Shown here: positions 35,101-50,100 of the stretch, one piece after another
Layout: every line of letters begins with the position of its first letter
Numbering within the stretch: the first letter of the stretch is position 1
From: Macrostomum lignano
Taxonomy: Eukaryota
Direction: 5' to 3'
DNA: 64,000 nt
NCBI GenBank assembly: GCA_002269645.1
Contig: NIVC01001014.1
Span: 124,001-188,000, forward strand
Notes under the pieces: generated by a model
What the model was told of the DNA's origin: nothing
What the model saw: the letters and a program-made list of their open reading frames with translations, nothing else
The model's database searches: none
Program-made: the position numbers and the translations under genes

Positions 35101-38100
35101 AGCCATCAAGCTGATGAAAGCCAATCAAGCTGATAAAAAGCCATCAAGCTGATGAAAGCCAATCAAGCTGATAAAAAGCCAGTCAAGCTGATGAAGAGCC
35201 AATCAAGCTGATAAAAAGCCATTCAAGCTGATGAAGAGCCAATCAAGCTGATAAAAAGCCATCAAGCTGATGAAAAGCCAATCAAGCTGATAAAAAGCCA
35301 GTCAAGCTGATGAAAAGCCAATCAAGCTGATAAAAAGCCATCAAGCTGATGAAAAGCCAATCAAGCTGATAAAAAGCCATCAAGCTGATGAAAAGCCAAT
35401 CAAGCTGATAAAGCCAATCAAGCTGATAAAAAGCCATTCAAGCTGATGAAGAGCCAATCAAGCTGATAAAAAGCCATCAAGCTGATGAAAGCCAATCAAG
35501 CTGATAAAAAGCCATCAAGCTGATGAAGAGCCAATCAAGCTGATAAAAAGCCATCAAGCTGATGAAGAGCCAATCAAGCTGATAAAAAGCCAATCAAGCT
35601 GATGAAGAGCCAATCAAGCTGATAAAAAGCCATTCAAGCTGATGAAGAGCCAATCAAGCTGATAAAAAGCCATCAAGCTGATGAAGAGCCAATCAAGCTG
35701 ATAAAAAGCCATCAAGCTGATGAAAGCCAATCAAGCTGATAAAAAGCCATTCAAGCTGATGAAGAGCCAATCAAGCTGATAAAAAGCCATTCAAGCTGAT
35801 GAAGAGCCAATCAAGCTGATAAAAAGTCTTCAAGCTGATGAAGAGCCAATCAAGCTGATAAAAAGCCATTCAAGCTGATGAAGAGCCAATCAAGCTGATA
35901 AAAAGCCATCAAGCTGATGAAGAGCCAATCAAGCTGATAAAAAGCCATCAAGCTGATGAAAGCCAATCAAGCTGATAAAAAGCCAGTCAAGCTGATGAAA
36001 AGCCAATCAAGCTGATAAAAAGCCAGTCAAGCTGATGAAAAGCCAATCAAGCTGATAAAAAGCCATTCAAGCTGATAAAAAGCCAATCAAGCTGATAAAA
36101 AGCCATCAAGCTGATAAAAGCCAATCAAGCTGATAAAAGCCAATCAAGCTGATAAAAGCCAATCAAGCTGATGAAAAGCCAATCAAGCTGATAAAAGCCA
36201 ATCAAGCTGATAAAAAGCCATTCAAGCTGATGAAAGCCAATCAAGCTGATAAAAAGCCATTCAAGCTGATGAAGAGCCAATCAAGCTGATAAAAAGCCAT
36301 CAAGCTGATGAAGAGCCAATCAAGCTGATAAAAAGCCATCAAGCTGATGAAAGCCAATCAAGCTGATAAAAATCAAGCTGATAAAAGCCATCAAGCTGAT
36401 GAAGAGCCAATCAAGCTGATAAAAAGCCATTCAAGCTGATGAAAGCCAATCAAGCTGATAAAAAGCCAGTCAAGCTGATGAAAAGCCAATCAAGCTGATA
36501 AAAACCAGTCAAGCTGATGAAAAGCCAATCAAGCTGATAAAAAGCCAATCAAGCTGATGAAAAGCCAATCAAGCTGATAAAAAGCCAATCAAGCTGATAA
36601 AAAGCCATTCAAGCTGATGAAGAGCCAATCAAGCTGATAAAAAGCCATTCAAGCTGATGAAGAGCCAATCAAGCTGATAAAAAGCCATTCAAGCTGATGA
36701 AGAGCCAATCAAGCTGATAAAAAGCCATTCAAGCTGATGAAGAGCCAATCAAGCTGATAAAAAGCCATCAAGCTGATGAAGAGCCAATCAAGCTGATAAA
36801 AAGCCAGTCAAGCTGATGAAAAGCCAATCAAGCTGATAAAAAGCCAGTCAAGCTGATGAAAAGCCAATCAAGCTGATAAAAAGCCATTCAAGCTGATGAA
36901 AGCCAATCAAGCTGATAAAAAGCCATTCAAGCTGATGAAAGCCAATCAAGCTGATAAAAAGCCATTCAAGCTGATGAAAAGCCAATCAAGCTGATAAAAA
37001 GCCATCAAGCTGATGAAAAGCCAATCAAGCTGATAAAAGCCAATCAAGCTGATGAAAAGCCAATCAAGCTGATAAAAAGCCATCAAGCTGATAAAAGCTC
37101 AAGCTGATGAAAGCCAATCAAGCTGATAAAAAGCCATTCAAGCTGATGAAAGCCAATCAAGCTGATAAAAAGCCATCAAGCTGATGAAAAGCCAATCAAG
37201 CTGATGAAAAGCCAATCAAGCTGATGAAAAGCCAATCAAGCTGATGAAAAGCCAATCAAGCTGATAAAAGCCATCAAGCTGATGAAAAGCCAATCAAGCT
37301 GATAAAAAGCCATTCAAGCTGATAAAAAGTCTCAAGCTGATGAAAGCCAATCAAGCTGATAAAAAGCCATTCAAGCTGATGAAGAGCCAATCAAGCTGAT
37401 AAAAAGCCATCAAGCTGATGAAAAGCCAATCAAGCTGATAAAAAGCCAATCAAGCTGATGAAAGCCAATCAAGCTGATGAAAAGCCAATCAAGCTGATGA
37501 AAGCCAATCAAGCTGATGAAAAGCCAATCAAGCTGATAAAAGCCAATCAAGCTGATGAAGAGCCAATCAAGCTGATAAAAAGCCATCAAGCTGATGAAGA
37601 GCCAATCAAGCTGATAAAAAGCCATTCAAGCTGATGAAGAGCCAATCAAGCTGATAAAAAGCCATTCAAGCTGATGAAGAGCCAATCAAGCTGATAAAAA
37701 GCCATCAAGCTGATGAAGAGCCAATCAAGCTGATAAAAAGCCATCAAGCTGATGAAGAGCCAATCAAGCTGATAAAAAGCCATTCAAGCTGATGAAGAGC
37801 CAATCAAGCTGATAAAAAGCCATTCAAGCTGATGAAGAGCCAATCAAGCTGATAAAAAGCCATTCAAGCTGATGAAGAGCCAATCAAGCTGATAAAAAGC
37901 CAGTCAAGCTGATGAAAGCCAATCAAGCTGATAAAAAGCCATCAAGCTGATGAAAGCCAATCAAGCTGATAAAAAGCCATTCAAGCTGATGAAAGCCAAT
38001 CAAGCTGATAAAAAGCCAGTCAAGCTGATGAAAGCCAATCAAGCTGATAAAAAGCCATCAAGCTGATGAAAAGCCAATCAAGCTGATAAAAAGCCAGTCA

Positions 38101-41100
38101 AGCTGATGAAAAGCCAATCAAGCTGATAAAAAGCCATCAAGCTGATGAAAAGCCAATCAAGCTGATAAAAAGCCATCAAGCTGATGAAAAGCCAATCAAG
38201 CTGATAAAAAGCCATCAAGCTGATAAAAAGCTTCAAGCTGATGAAGAGCCAATCAAGCTGATAAAAAGCCATTCAAGCTGATGAAGAGCCAATCAAGCTG
38301 ATAAAAAGCCATCAAGCTGATGAAAAGCCAATCAAGCTGATAAAAAGCCATCAAGCTGATGAAGAGCCAATCAAGCTGATAAAAAGCCAATCAAGCTGAT
38401 GAAGAGCCAATCAAGCTGATAAAAAGCCATTCAAGCTGATGAAGAGCCAATCAAGCTGATAAAAAGCCATTCAAGCTGATGAAAGCCAATCAAGCTGATA
38501 AAAAGCCATCAAGCTGATGAAAAGCCAATCAAGCTGATAAAAAGCCATTCAAGCTGATGAAGAGCCAATCAAGCTGATAAAAAGCCATTCAAGCTGATGA
38601 AGAGCCAATCAAGCTGATAAAAAGCCATTCAAGCTGATGAAGAGCCAATCAAGCTGATAAAAAGCCATTCAAGCTGATGAAGAGCCAATCAAGCTGATAA
38701 AAAGCCATCAAGCTGATGAAGAGCCAATCAAGCTGATAAAAAGCCAGTCAAGCTGATGAAAAGCCAATCAAGCTGATAAAAAGCCAGTCAAGCTGATGAA
38801 AAGCCAATCAAGCTGATAAAAAGCCATCAAGCTATAAAAAGCTCAAGCTGATGAAGAGCCAATCAAGCTGATAAAAAGCCATTCAAGCTGATGAAGAGCC
38901 AATCAAGCTGATAAAAAGCCATCAAGCTGATGAAAAAGCCAATCAAGCTGATGAAAGCCAATCAAGCTGATGAAAAAGCCAATCAAGCTGATGAAGAGCC
39001 AATCAAGCTGATAAAAAGCCATTCAAGCTGATGAAGAGCCAATCAAGCTGATAAAAAGCCATTCAAGCTGATGAAGAGCCAATCAAGCTGATAAAAAGCC
39101 ATTCAAGCTGATGAAGAGCCAATCAAGCTGATAAAAAGCCATTTCAAGCTGATGAAGAGCCAATCAAGCTGATAAAAAGCTTCAAGCTGATGAAGAGCCA
39201 ATCAAGCTGATAAAAAGTCAAGCTGATGAAGAGCCAATCAAGCTGATAAAAAGCCAGTCAAGCTGATGAAAAGCCAATCAAGCTGATAAAAAGCCATCAA
39301 GCTGATAAAAAGCTCAAGCTGATGAAAAGCCAATCAAGCTGATAAAAAGCCATTCAAGCTGATGAAAGCCAATCAAGCTGATAAAAAGCCATCAAGCTGA
39401 TGAAAGCCAATCAAGCTGATAAAAAGCCATCAAGCTGATGAAGAGCCAATCAAGCTGATAAAAAGCCATCAAGCTGATGAAGAGCCAATCAAGCTGATAA
39501 AAAGCCATCAAGCTGATGAAGAGCCAATCAAGCTGATAAAAAGCCATTTCAAGCTGATGAAGAGCCAATCAAGCTGATAAAAAGCCATTCAAGCTGATGA
39601 AGAGCCAATCAAGCTGATAAAAAGCCATTCAAGCTGATGAAGAGCCAATCAAGCTGATAAAAAGCCAGTTCAAGCTGATGAAAGCCAATCAAGCTGATAA
39701 AAAGCCAGTCAAGCTGATGAAGAGCCAATCAAGCTGATAAAAAGCCAGTCAAGCTGATGAAAAGCCAATCAAGCTGATAAAAAGCCATCAAGCTGATGAA
39801 AGCCAATCAAGCTGATAAAAAGCCATTCAAGCTGATGAAAGCCAATCAAGCTGATAAAAAGCCAGTCAAGCTGATGAAAAGCCAATCAAGCTGATAAAAA
39901 GCCAGTCAAGCTGATGAAAAGCCAATCAAGCTGATAAAAAGCCAGTCAAGCTGATGAAAAGCCAATCAAGCTGATAAAAAGCCATCAAGCTGATGAAAAG
40001 CCAATCAAGCTGATAAAAAGCCATCAAGCTGATAAAAAGCCATTCAAGCTGATGAAGAGCCAATCAAGCTGATAAAAAGCCATCAAGCTGATGAAGAGCC
40101 AATCAAGCTGATAAAAAGCCATCAAGCTGATGAAGAGCCAATCAAGCTGATAAAAAGCCAATCAAGCTGATGAAGAGCCAATCAAGCTGATAAAAAGCCA
40201 TCAAGCTGATGAAGAGCCAATCAAGCTGATAAAAAGCCATTCAAGCTGATGAAGAGCCAATCAAGCTGATAAAAAGCCATTCAAGCTGATGAAGAGCCAA
40301 TCAAGCTGATAAAAAGCCAGTCAAGCTGATGAAAGCCAATCAAGCTGATAAAAAGCCAGTCAAGCTGATGAAAAGCCAATCAAGCTGATAAAAAGCCAGT
40401 CAAGCTGATGAAGAGCCAATCAAGCTGATAAAAAGCCATCAAGCTGATGAAGAGCCAATCAAGCTGATAAAAAGCCATTCAAGCTGATGAAAAGCCAATC
40501 AAGCTGATAAAAAGCCATCAAGCTGATGAAAAGCCAATCAAGCTGATAAAAAGCCAATCAAGCTGATGAAAAGCCAATCAAGCTGATAAAAAGCCATCAA
40601 GCTGATGAAAAGCCAATCAATCTGATAAAAAGCCAATCAAGCTGATGAAGAGCCAATCAAGCTGATAAAAAGCCATTCAAGCTGATGAAGAGCCAATCAA
40701 GCTGATAAAAAGCCAGTCAAGCTGATGAAAAGCCAATCAAGCTGATAAAAAGCCATCAAGCTGATGAAGAGCCAATCAAGCTGATAAAAGCCATCAAGCT
40801 GATGAAGAGCCAATCAAGCTGATAAAAAGTCTTTCAAGCTGATGAAGAGCCAATCAAGCTGATAAAAAGCCATTCAAGCTGATGAAGAGCCAATCAAGCT
40901 GATAAAAAGCCAGTCAAGCTGATGAAAAGCCAATCAAGCTGATAAAAAGCCATTCAAGCTGATGAAGAGCCAATCAAGCTGATAAAAAGCTTTCAAGCTG
41001 ATGAAGAGCCAATCAAGCTGATAAAAAGCCATTCAAGCTGATGAAGAGCCAATCAAGCTGATAAAAAGCCATTCAAGCTGATGAAGAGCCAATCAAGCTG

Positions 41101-44100
41101 ATAAAAAGCCATCAAGCTGATGAAGAGCCAATCAAGCTGATAAAAAGCCAGTCAAGCTGATGAAAAGCCAATCAAGCTGATAAAAAGCCAGTCAAGCTGA
41201 TGAAAAGCCAATCAAGCTGATAAAAAGCCATTCAAGCTAAAAAAGTCTTTCAAGCTGATGAAGAGCCAATCAAGCTGATAAAAAGCCATTCAAGCTGATG
41301 AAGAGCCAATCAAGCTGATAAAAAGCCAGTCAAGCTGATGAAAAGCCAATCAAGCTGATGAAAGCCAATCAAGCTGATGAAAAGCCATCAAGCTGATGAA
41401 GAGCCAATCAAGCTGATAAAAAGTCAAGCTGAGGAAGAGCCAATCAAGCTGATAAAAAGCCATTCAAGCTGATGAAGAGCCAATCAAGCTGATAAAAAGT
41501 CTTTCAAGCTGATGAAGAGCCAATCAAGCTGATAAAAAGCCATTCAAGCTGATGAAGAGCCAATCAAGCTGATAAAAGTCTTTCAAGCTGATGAAGAGCC
41601 AATCAAGCTGATAAAAAGCCATTCAAGCTGATGAAGAGCCAATCAAGCTGATAAAAAGCCAGTCAAGCTGATGAAAAGCCAATCAAGCTGATAAAAAGCC
41701 ATTCAAGCTAATAAAAAGTCTTTCAAGCTGATGAAGAGCCAATCAAGCTGATAAAAAGCCATTCAAGCTGATGAAAGCCAATCAAGCTGATAAAAAGCCA
41801 GTCAAGCTGATGAAAAGCCAATCAAGCTGATAAAAAGCCATCAAGCTGATGAAGAGCCAATCAAGCTGATAAAAAGCCATCAAGCTGATGAAGAGCCAAT
41901 CAAGCTGATAAAAAGTCTTTCAAGCTGATGAAGAGCCAATCAAGCTGATAAAAAGCCATTCAAGCTGATGAAGAGCCAATCAAGCTGATAAAAAGCCAGT
42001 CAAGCTGATGAAAGCCAATCAAGCTGATAAAAAGCCATCAAGCTGATGAAGAGCCAATCAAGCTGATAAAAAGCCTTTCAAGCTGATGAAGAGCCAATCA
42101 AGCTGATAAAAAGCCATTCAAGCTGATGAAGAGCCAATCAAGCTGATAAAAAGCCATTCAAGCTGATGAAGAGCCAATCAAGCTGATAAAAAGCCAGTCA
42201 AGCTGATGAAGAGCCAATCAAGCTGATAAAAAGCCATCAAGCTGATGAAAAGCCAATCAAGCTGATAAAAAGCCAGTCAAGCTGATGAAAAGCCAATCAA
42301 GCTGATAAAAAGCCATTCAAGCTGATGAAGAGCCAATCAAGCTGATAAAAAGCCAGTCAAGCTGATGAAAAGCCAATCAAGCTGATAAAAAGCCATTCAA
42401 GCTGATAAAAGCCAATCAAGCTGATAAAAAGCCAGTCAAGCTGATGAAAAGCCAATCAAGCTGATAAAAGCCAATCAAGCTGATGAAAAGCCAATCAAGC
42501 TGATAAAAAGCCATTCAAGCTAATAAAAAGTCTTTCAAGCTGATGAAGAGCCAATCAAGCTGATAAAAAGCCATTCAAGCTGATGAAGAGCCAATCAAGC
42601 TGATAAAAAGCCAGTCAAGCTGATGAAAAGCCAATCAAGCTGATAAAAAGCCATCAAGCTGATGAAGAGCCAATCAAGCTGATAAAAAGCCATCAAGCTG
42701 ATGAAGAGCCAATCAAGCTGATAAAAAGCTTCAAGCTGATGAAGAGCCAATCAAGCTGATAAAAAGCCATTCAAGCTGATGAAGAGCCAATCAAGCTGAT
42801 AAAAAGCCAGTCAAGCTGATGAAAAGCCAATCAAGCTGATAAAAAGCCATTCAAGCTGATGAAGAGCCAATCAAGCTGATAAAAAGCCTTCAAGCTGATG
42901 AAGAGCCAATCAAGCTGATAAAAAGCCATTCAAGCTGATGAAGAGCCAATCAAGCTGATAAAAAGCCATTCAAGCTGATGAAGAGCCAATCAAGCTGATA
43001 AAAAGCCAGTCAAGCTGATGAAGAGCCAATCAAGCTGATAAAAAGCCAGTCAAGCTGATGAAAAGCCAATCAAGCTGATAAAAAGCCATCAAGCTGATGA
43101 AAGCCAATCAAGCTGATAAAAAGCCATTCAAGCTAATAAAAAGTCTTTCAAGCTGATGAAGAGCCAATCAAGCTGATAAAAAGCCATTCAAGCTGATGAA
43201 GAGCCAATCAAGCTGATAAAAAGCCAGTCAAGCTGATGAAAAGCCAATCAAGCTGATAAAAGCCAATCAAGCTGATGAAAAGCCAATCAAGCTGATGAAG
43301 AGCCAATCAAGCTGATAAAAAGTCTTTCAAGCTGAGGAAGAGCCAATCAAGCTGATAAAAAGCCATCAAGCTGATGAAAGCCAATCAAGCTGATAAAAAG
43401 CCATTCAAGCTGATGAAGAGCCAATCAAGCTGATAAAAAGTCTTTCAAGCTGATGAAGAGCCAATCAAGCTGATAAAAAGCCATTCAAGCTGATGAAGAG
43501 CCAATCAAGCTGATAAAAAGCTTTCAAGCTGATGAAGAGCCAATCAAGCTGATAAAAAGCCATTCAAGCTGATGAAGAGCCAATCAAGCTGATAAAAAGC
43601 CAGTCAAGCTGATGAAAGCCAATCAAGCTGATAAAAAGCCAGTCAAGCTGATGAAAAGCCAATCAAGCTGATAAAAAGCCATTCAAGCTGATGAAGAGCC
43701 AATCAAGCTGATAAAAAGCCAGTCAAGCTGATGAAAAGCCAATCAAGCTGATAAAAAGCCATTCAAGCTGATAAAGCCAATCAAGCTGATAAAAAGCCAG
43801 TCAAGCTGATGAAAAGCCAATCAAGCTGATAAAAAGCCAATCAAGCTGATGAAAAGCCAATCAAGCTGATAAAAAGCCATCAAGCTGATAAAAAGTCTTT
43901 CAAGCTGATGAAGAGCCAATCAAGCTGATAAAAAGCCATTCAAGCTGATGAAGAGCCAATCAAGCTGATAAAAAGCCAGTCAAGCTGATGAAAAGCCAAT
44001 CAAGCTGATAAAAAGCCATCAAGCTGATGAAGAGCCAATCAAGCTGATAAAAAGCCATCAAGCTGATGAAGAGCCAATCAAGCTGATAAAAAGCTTCAAG

Positions 44101-47100
44101 CTGATGAAGAGCCAATCAAGCTGATAAAAAGCCATTCAAGCTGATGAAGAGCCAATCAAGCTGATAAAAAGCCAGTCAAGCTGATGAAAGCCAATCAAGC
44201 TGATAAAAAGCCATTCAAGCTGATGAAGAGCCAATCAAGCTGATAAAAAGCTTTCAAGCTGATGAAGAGCCAATCAAGCTGATAAAAAGCCATTCAAGCT
44301 GATGAAGAGCCAATCAAGCTGATAAAAAGCCATTCAAGCTGATGAAGAGCCAATCAAGCTGATAAAAAGCCAGTCAAGCTGATGAAGAGCCAATCAAGCT
44401 GATAAAAAGCCAGTCAAGCTGATGAAAAGCCAATCAAGCTGATAAAAAGCCAGTCAAGCTGATGAAAAGCCAATCAAGCTGATAAAAAGCCATTCAAGCT
44501 AATAAAAAGTCTTTCAAGCTGATGAAGAGCCAATCAAGCTGATAAAAAGCCATTCAAGCTGATGAAGAGCCAATCAAGCTGATAAAAAGCCAGTCAAGCT
44601 GATGAAAAGCCAATCAAGCTGATGAAGAGCCAATCAAGCTGATGAAAAGCCATCAAGCTGATGAAGAGCCAATCAAGCTGATAAAAAGTCTTTCAAGCTG
44701 ATGAAGAGCCAATCAAGCTGATAAAAAGCCATTCAAGCTGATGAAGAGCCAATCAAGCTGATAAAAAGTCTTTCAAGCTGATGAAGAGCCAATCAAGCTG
44801 ATAAAAAGCCATTCAAGCTGATGAAGAGCCAATCAAGCTGATAAAAGCTTCAAGCTGATGAAGAGCCAATCAAGCTGATAAAAAGCCAGTCAAGCTGATG
44901 AAGAGCCAATCAAGCTGATAAAAGCCAGTCAAGCTGATGAAAAGCCAATCAAGCTGATAAAAAGCCATTCAAGCTAATAAAAAGTCTTTCAAGCTGATGA
45001 AGAGCCAATCAAGCTGATAAAAAGCCATTCAAGCTGATGAAAAGCCAATCAAGCTGATAAAAAGCCAGTCAAGCTGATAAAAAGCCATCAAGCTGATGAA
45101 AAAGCCAATCAAGCTGATGAAAAAGCCAGTCAAGCTGATGAAAAGCCAATCAAGCTGATAAAAGCCAATCAAGCTGATGAAAAGCCAATCAAGCTGAAAA
45201 AAGCCATTCAAGCTGATAAAAAGTCTTTCAAGCTGATGAAGAGCCAATCAAGCTGATAAAAAGCCATTCAAGCTGATGAAGAGCCAATCAAGCTGATAAA
45301 AAGCCAGTCAAGCTGATGAAAAGCCAATCAAGCTGATGAAGAGCCAATCAAGCTGATGAAAAGCCAATCAAGCTGATGAAGAGCCAATCAAGCTGATAAA
45401 AAGTCTTTCAAGCTGATGAAGAGCCAATCAAGCTGATAAAAAGCCATTCAAGCTGATGAAGAGCCAATCAAGCTGATAAAAAGCCATTCAAGCTGATGAA
45501 AGCCAATCAAGCTGATAAAAAGCCAGTCAAGCTGATGAAAAGCCAATCAAGCTGATGAAAAAGCCAATCAAGCTGATGAAAACCATCAAGCTGATGAAAA
45601 GCCAATCAAGCTGATAAAAGCCAATCAAGCTGATGAAAAGCCAATCAAGCTGATAAAAAGCCATCAAGCTGATAAAAAGTCTTTCAAGCTGATGAAGAGC
45701 CAATCAAGCTGATAAAAAGCCATTCAAGCTGATGAAGAGCCAATCAAGCTGATAAAAAGCCAGTCAAGCTGATGAAAAGCCAATCAAGCTGATGAAGAGC
45801 CAATCAAGCTGATGAAAAGCCAATCAAGCTGATGAAGAGCCAATCAAGCTGATAAAAAGTCTTTCAAGCTGAGGAAGAGCCAATCAAGCTGATAAAAAGC
45901 CATTCAAGCTGATGAAGAGCCAATCAAGCTGATAAAAAGTCTTTCAAGCTGATGAAGAGCCAATCAAGCTGATAAAAAGCCATTCAAGCTGATGAAGAGC
46001 CAATCAAGCTGATAAAAAGCTTTCAAGCTGATGAAGAGCCAATCAAGCTGATAAAAAGCCAGTCAAGCTGATGAAGAGCCAATCAAGCTGATAAAAAGCC
46101 AGTCAAGCTGATGAAAGCCAATCAAGCTGATAAAAAGCCAGTCAAGCTGATGAAAAGCCAATCAAGCTGATAAAAAGCCATTCAAGCTGATGAAGAGCCA
46201 ATCAAGCTGATAAAAAGCCAGTCAAGCTGATGAAAAGCCAATCAAGCTGATAAAAAGCCATTCAAGCTGATAAAAAGCCAATCAAGCTGATAAAAAGCCA
46301 GTCAAGCTGATGAAAAGCCAATCAAGCTGATAAAAGCCAATCAAGCTGATGAAAAGCCAATCAAGCTGATAAAAAGCCAATCAAGCTAATAAAAAGTCTT
46401 TCAAGCTGATAAAAAGCCATTCAAGCTGATAAAAAGCCATTCAAGCTGATGAAGAGCCAATCAAGCTGATAAAAAGCCAGTCAAGCTGATGAAAAGCCAA
46501 TCAAGCTGATAAAAAGCCAATCAAGCTGATGAAAAGCCAATCAAGCTGATGAAGAGCCAATCAAGCTGATAAAAAGCCAGTCAAGCTGATGAAAAGCCAA
46601 TCAAGCTGATAAAAAGCCATTCAAGCTGATGAAGAGCCAATCAAGCTGATAAAAAGTCTTTCAAGCTGATGAAGAGCCAATCAAGCTGATAAAAAGCCAT
46701 TCAAGCTGATGAAGAGCCAATCAAGCTGATAAAAAGCCATTCAAGCTGATGAAGAGCCAATCAAGCTGATAAAAAGCCAGTCAAGCTGATGAAGAGCCAA
46801 TCAAGCTGATAAAAAGCCAGTCAAGCTGATGAAAAGCCAATCAAGCTGATAAAAAGCCAGTCAAGCTGATGAAAAGCCAATCAAGCTGATAAAAAGCCAT
46901 TCAAGCTAATAAAAAGTCTTTCGAGCTGATGAAGAGCCAATCAAGCTGATAAAAAGCCATTCAAGCTGATGAAGAGCCAATCAAGCTGATAAAAAGCCAG
47001 TCAAGCTGATGAAAAGCCAATCAAGCTGATGAAGAGCCAATCAAGCTGATGAAAAGCCAATCAAGCTGATGAAGAGCCAATCAAGCTGATAAAAAGTCTT

Positions 47101-50100
47101 TCAAGCTGATGAAGAGCCAATCAAGCTGATAAAAAGCCATTCAAGCTGATGAAGAGCCAATCAAGCTGATAAAAAGCCTTTCAAGCTGATGAAGAGCCAA
47201 TCAAGCTGATAAAAAGCCATTCAAGCTGATGAAGAGCCAATCAAGCTGATAAAAGCTTTCAAGCTGATGAAGAGCCAATCAAGCTGATAAAAAGCCAGTC
47301 AAGCTGATGAAGAGCCAATCAAGCTGATAAAAGCCAGTCAAGCTGATGAAAAGCCAATCAAGCTGATAAAAAGCCATTCAAGCTAATAAAAAGTCTTTCA
47401 AGCTGATGAAGAGCCAATCAAGCTGATAAAAAGCCATTCAAGCTGATGAAAAACCAATCAAGCTGATGAAAAACCAGTCAAGCTGATGAAAAACCAATCA
47501 AGCTGATGAAAAAGCCAATCAAGCTGATGAAAAAGCCAGTCAAGCTGATGAAAAGCCAATCAAGCTGATAAAAGCCAATCAAGCTGATGAAAAGCCAATC
47601 AAGCTGAAAAAGCCATCAAGCTGATAAAAAGTCTTTCAAGCTGATGAAGAGCCAATCAAGCTGATAAAAAGCCATTCAAGCTGATGAAGAGCCAATCAAG
47701 CTGATAAAAAGCCAGTCAAGCTGATGAAAAGCCAATCAAGCTGATGAAGAGCCAATCAAGCTGATGAAAAGCCAATCAAGCTGATGAAGAGCCAATCAAG
47801 CTGATAAAAAGTCTTTCAAGCTGAGGAAGAGCCAATCAAGCTGATAAAAAGCCATTCAAGCTGATGAAGAGCCAATCAAGCTGATAAAAAGCCATTCAAG
47901 CTGATGAAAGCCAATCAAGCTGATAAAAAGCCAGTCAAGCTGATGAAAAGCCAATCAAGCTGATAAAAAGCCAATCAAGCTGATGAAAAAGCCATCAAGC
48001 TGATGAAAAGCCAATCAAGCTGATAAAAGCCAATCAAGCTGATGAAAAGCCAATCAAGCTGATAAAAAGCCATTCAAGCTAATAAAAAGTCTTTCAAGCT
48101 GATGAAGAGCCAATCAAGCTGATAAAAAGCCATTCAAGCTGATGAAGAGCCAATCAAGCTGATAAAAAGCCAGTCAAGCTGATGAAAAGCCAATCAAGCT
48201 GATGAAGAGCCAATCAAGCTGATGAAAAGCCAATCAAGCTGATGAAGAGCCAATCAAGCTGATAAAAAGTCTTTCAAGCTGATGAAGAGCCAATCAAGCT
48301 GATAAAAAGCCATTCAAGCTGATGAAGAGCCAATCAAGCTGATAAAAAGTCAAGCTGATGAAGAGCCAATCAAGCTGATAAAAAGCCATTCAAGCTGATG
48401 AAGAGCCAATCAAGCTGATAAAAAGCTTCAAGCTGATGAAGAGCCAATCAAGCTGATAAAAAGCCAGTCAAGCTGATGAAGAGCCAATCAAGCTGATAAA
48501 AAGCCATCAAGCTGATGAAAAGCCAATCAAGCTGATAAAAAGCCAATCAAGCTGATGAAAAGCCAATCAAGCTGATAAAAAGCCAAAGCTGATGAAAGCC
48601 AATCAAGCTGATAAAAAGCCAGTCAAGCTGATGAAAGCCAATCAAGCTGATAAAAAGCCATCAAGCTGATGAAAAGCCAATCAAGCTGATAAAAAGCCAG
48701 TCAAGCTGATGAAAAGCCAATCAAGCTGATAAAAAGCCAATCAAGCTGATAAAAGTCTCAAGCTGATAAAAAGCCAATCAAGCTGATAAAAAGCCATTCA
48801 AGCTGATGAAAGCCAATCAAGCTGATAAAAAGCCATCAAGCTGATGAAAAGCCAATCAAGCTGATAAAAAGCCAGTCAAGCTGATGAAAGCCAATCAAGC
48901 TGATAAAAAGCCATCAAGCTGATGAAGAGCCAATCAAGCTGATAAAAAGCTCAAGCTGATGAAGAGCCAATCAAGCTGATAAAAAGCCATTCAAGCTGAT
49001 GAAGAGCCAATCAAGCTGATAAAAAGCCATCAAGCTGATGAAGAGCCAATCAAGCTGATAAAAAGCCAGTCAAGCTGATGAAAAGCCAATCAAGCTGATA
49101 AAAAGCCATTCAAGCTGATGAAGAGCCAATCAAGCTGATAAAAAGCCATTCAAGCTGATGAAGAGCCAATCAAGCTGATAAAAAGCCATCAAGCTGATGA
49201 AAGCCAATCAAGCTGATAAAAAGCCAGTCAAGCTGATGAAGCCAATCAAGCTGATAAAAAGCCATCAAGCTGATAAAAATCTCAAGCTGATAAGCCATCA
49301 AGCTGATAAAAAGCTTCAAGCTGATGAAGAGCCAATCAAGCTGATAAAAGCCATCAAGCTGATGAAAAGCCAATCAAGCTGATAAAAAGCCAGTCAAGCT
49401 GATGAAAAAGCCATCAAGCTGATGAAAAGCCAATCAAGCTGATAAAAGCCAATCAAGCTGATGAAAAGCCAATCAAGCTGATAAAAGCCAATCAAGCTGA
49501 TAAAAAGTCTTTCAAGCTGATGAAAGCCAATCAAGCTGATAAAAAGCCATTCAAGCTGATGAAGAGCCAATCAAGCTGATAAAAAGCCAGTCAAGCTGAT
49601 GAAAGCCAATCAAGCTGATAAAAAGCCATCAAGCTGATGAAGAGCCAATCAAGCTGATGAAAAGCCAATCAAGCTGATGAAGAGCCAATCAAGCTGATGA
49701 AAAGCCAATCAATCTGATAAAAAGCCAATCAAGCTGATGAAGAGCCAATCAAGCTGATAAAAAGCCAATCAAGCTGATGAAGAGCCAATCAAGCTGATAA
49801 AAAGCCATCAAGCTGATGAAGAGCCAATCAAGCTGATAAAAAGCCATTCAAGCTGATGAAGAGCCAATCAAGCTGATAAAAAGCCATCAAGCTGATGAAG
49901 AGCCAATCAAGCTGATAAAAAGCCATTCAAGCTGATGAAGAGCCAATCAAGCTGATAAAAAGCCATTCAAGCTGATGAAGAGCCAATCAAGCTGATAAAA
50001 AGCCATTCAAGCTGATGAAGAGCCAATCAAGCTGATAAAAAGCCATTCAAGCTGATGAAGAGCCAATCAAGCTGATAAAAAGCCAGTCAAGCTGATGAAG

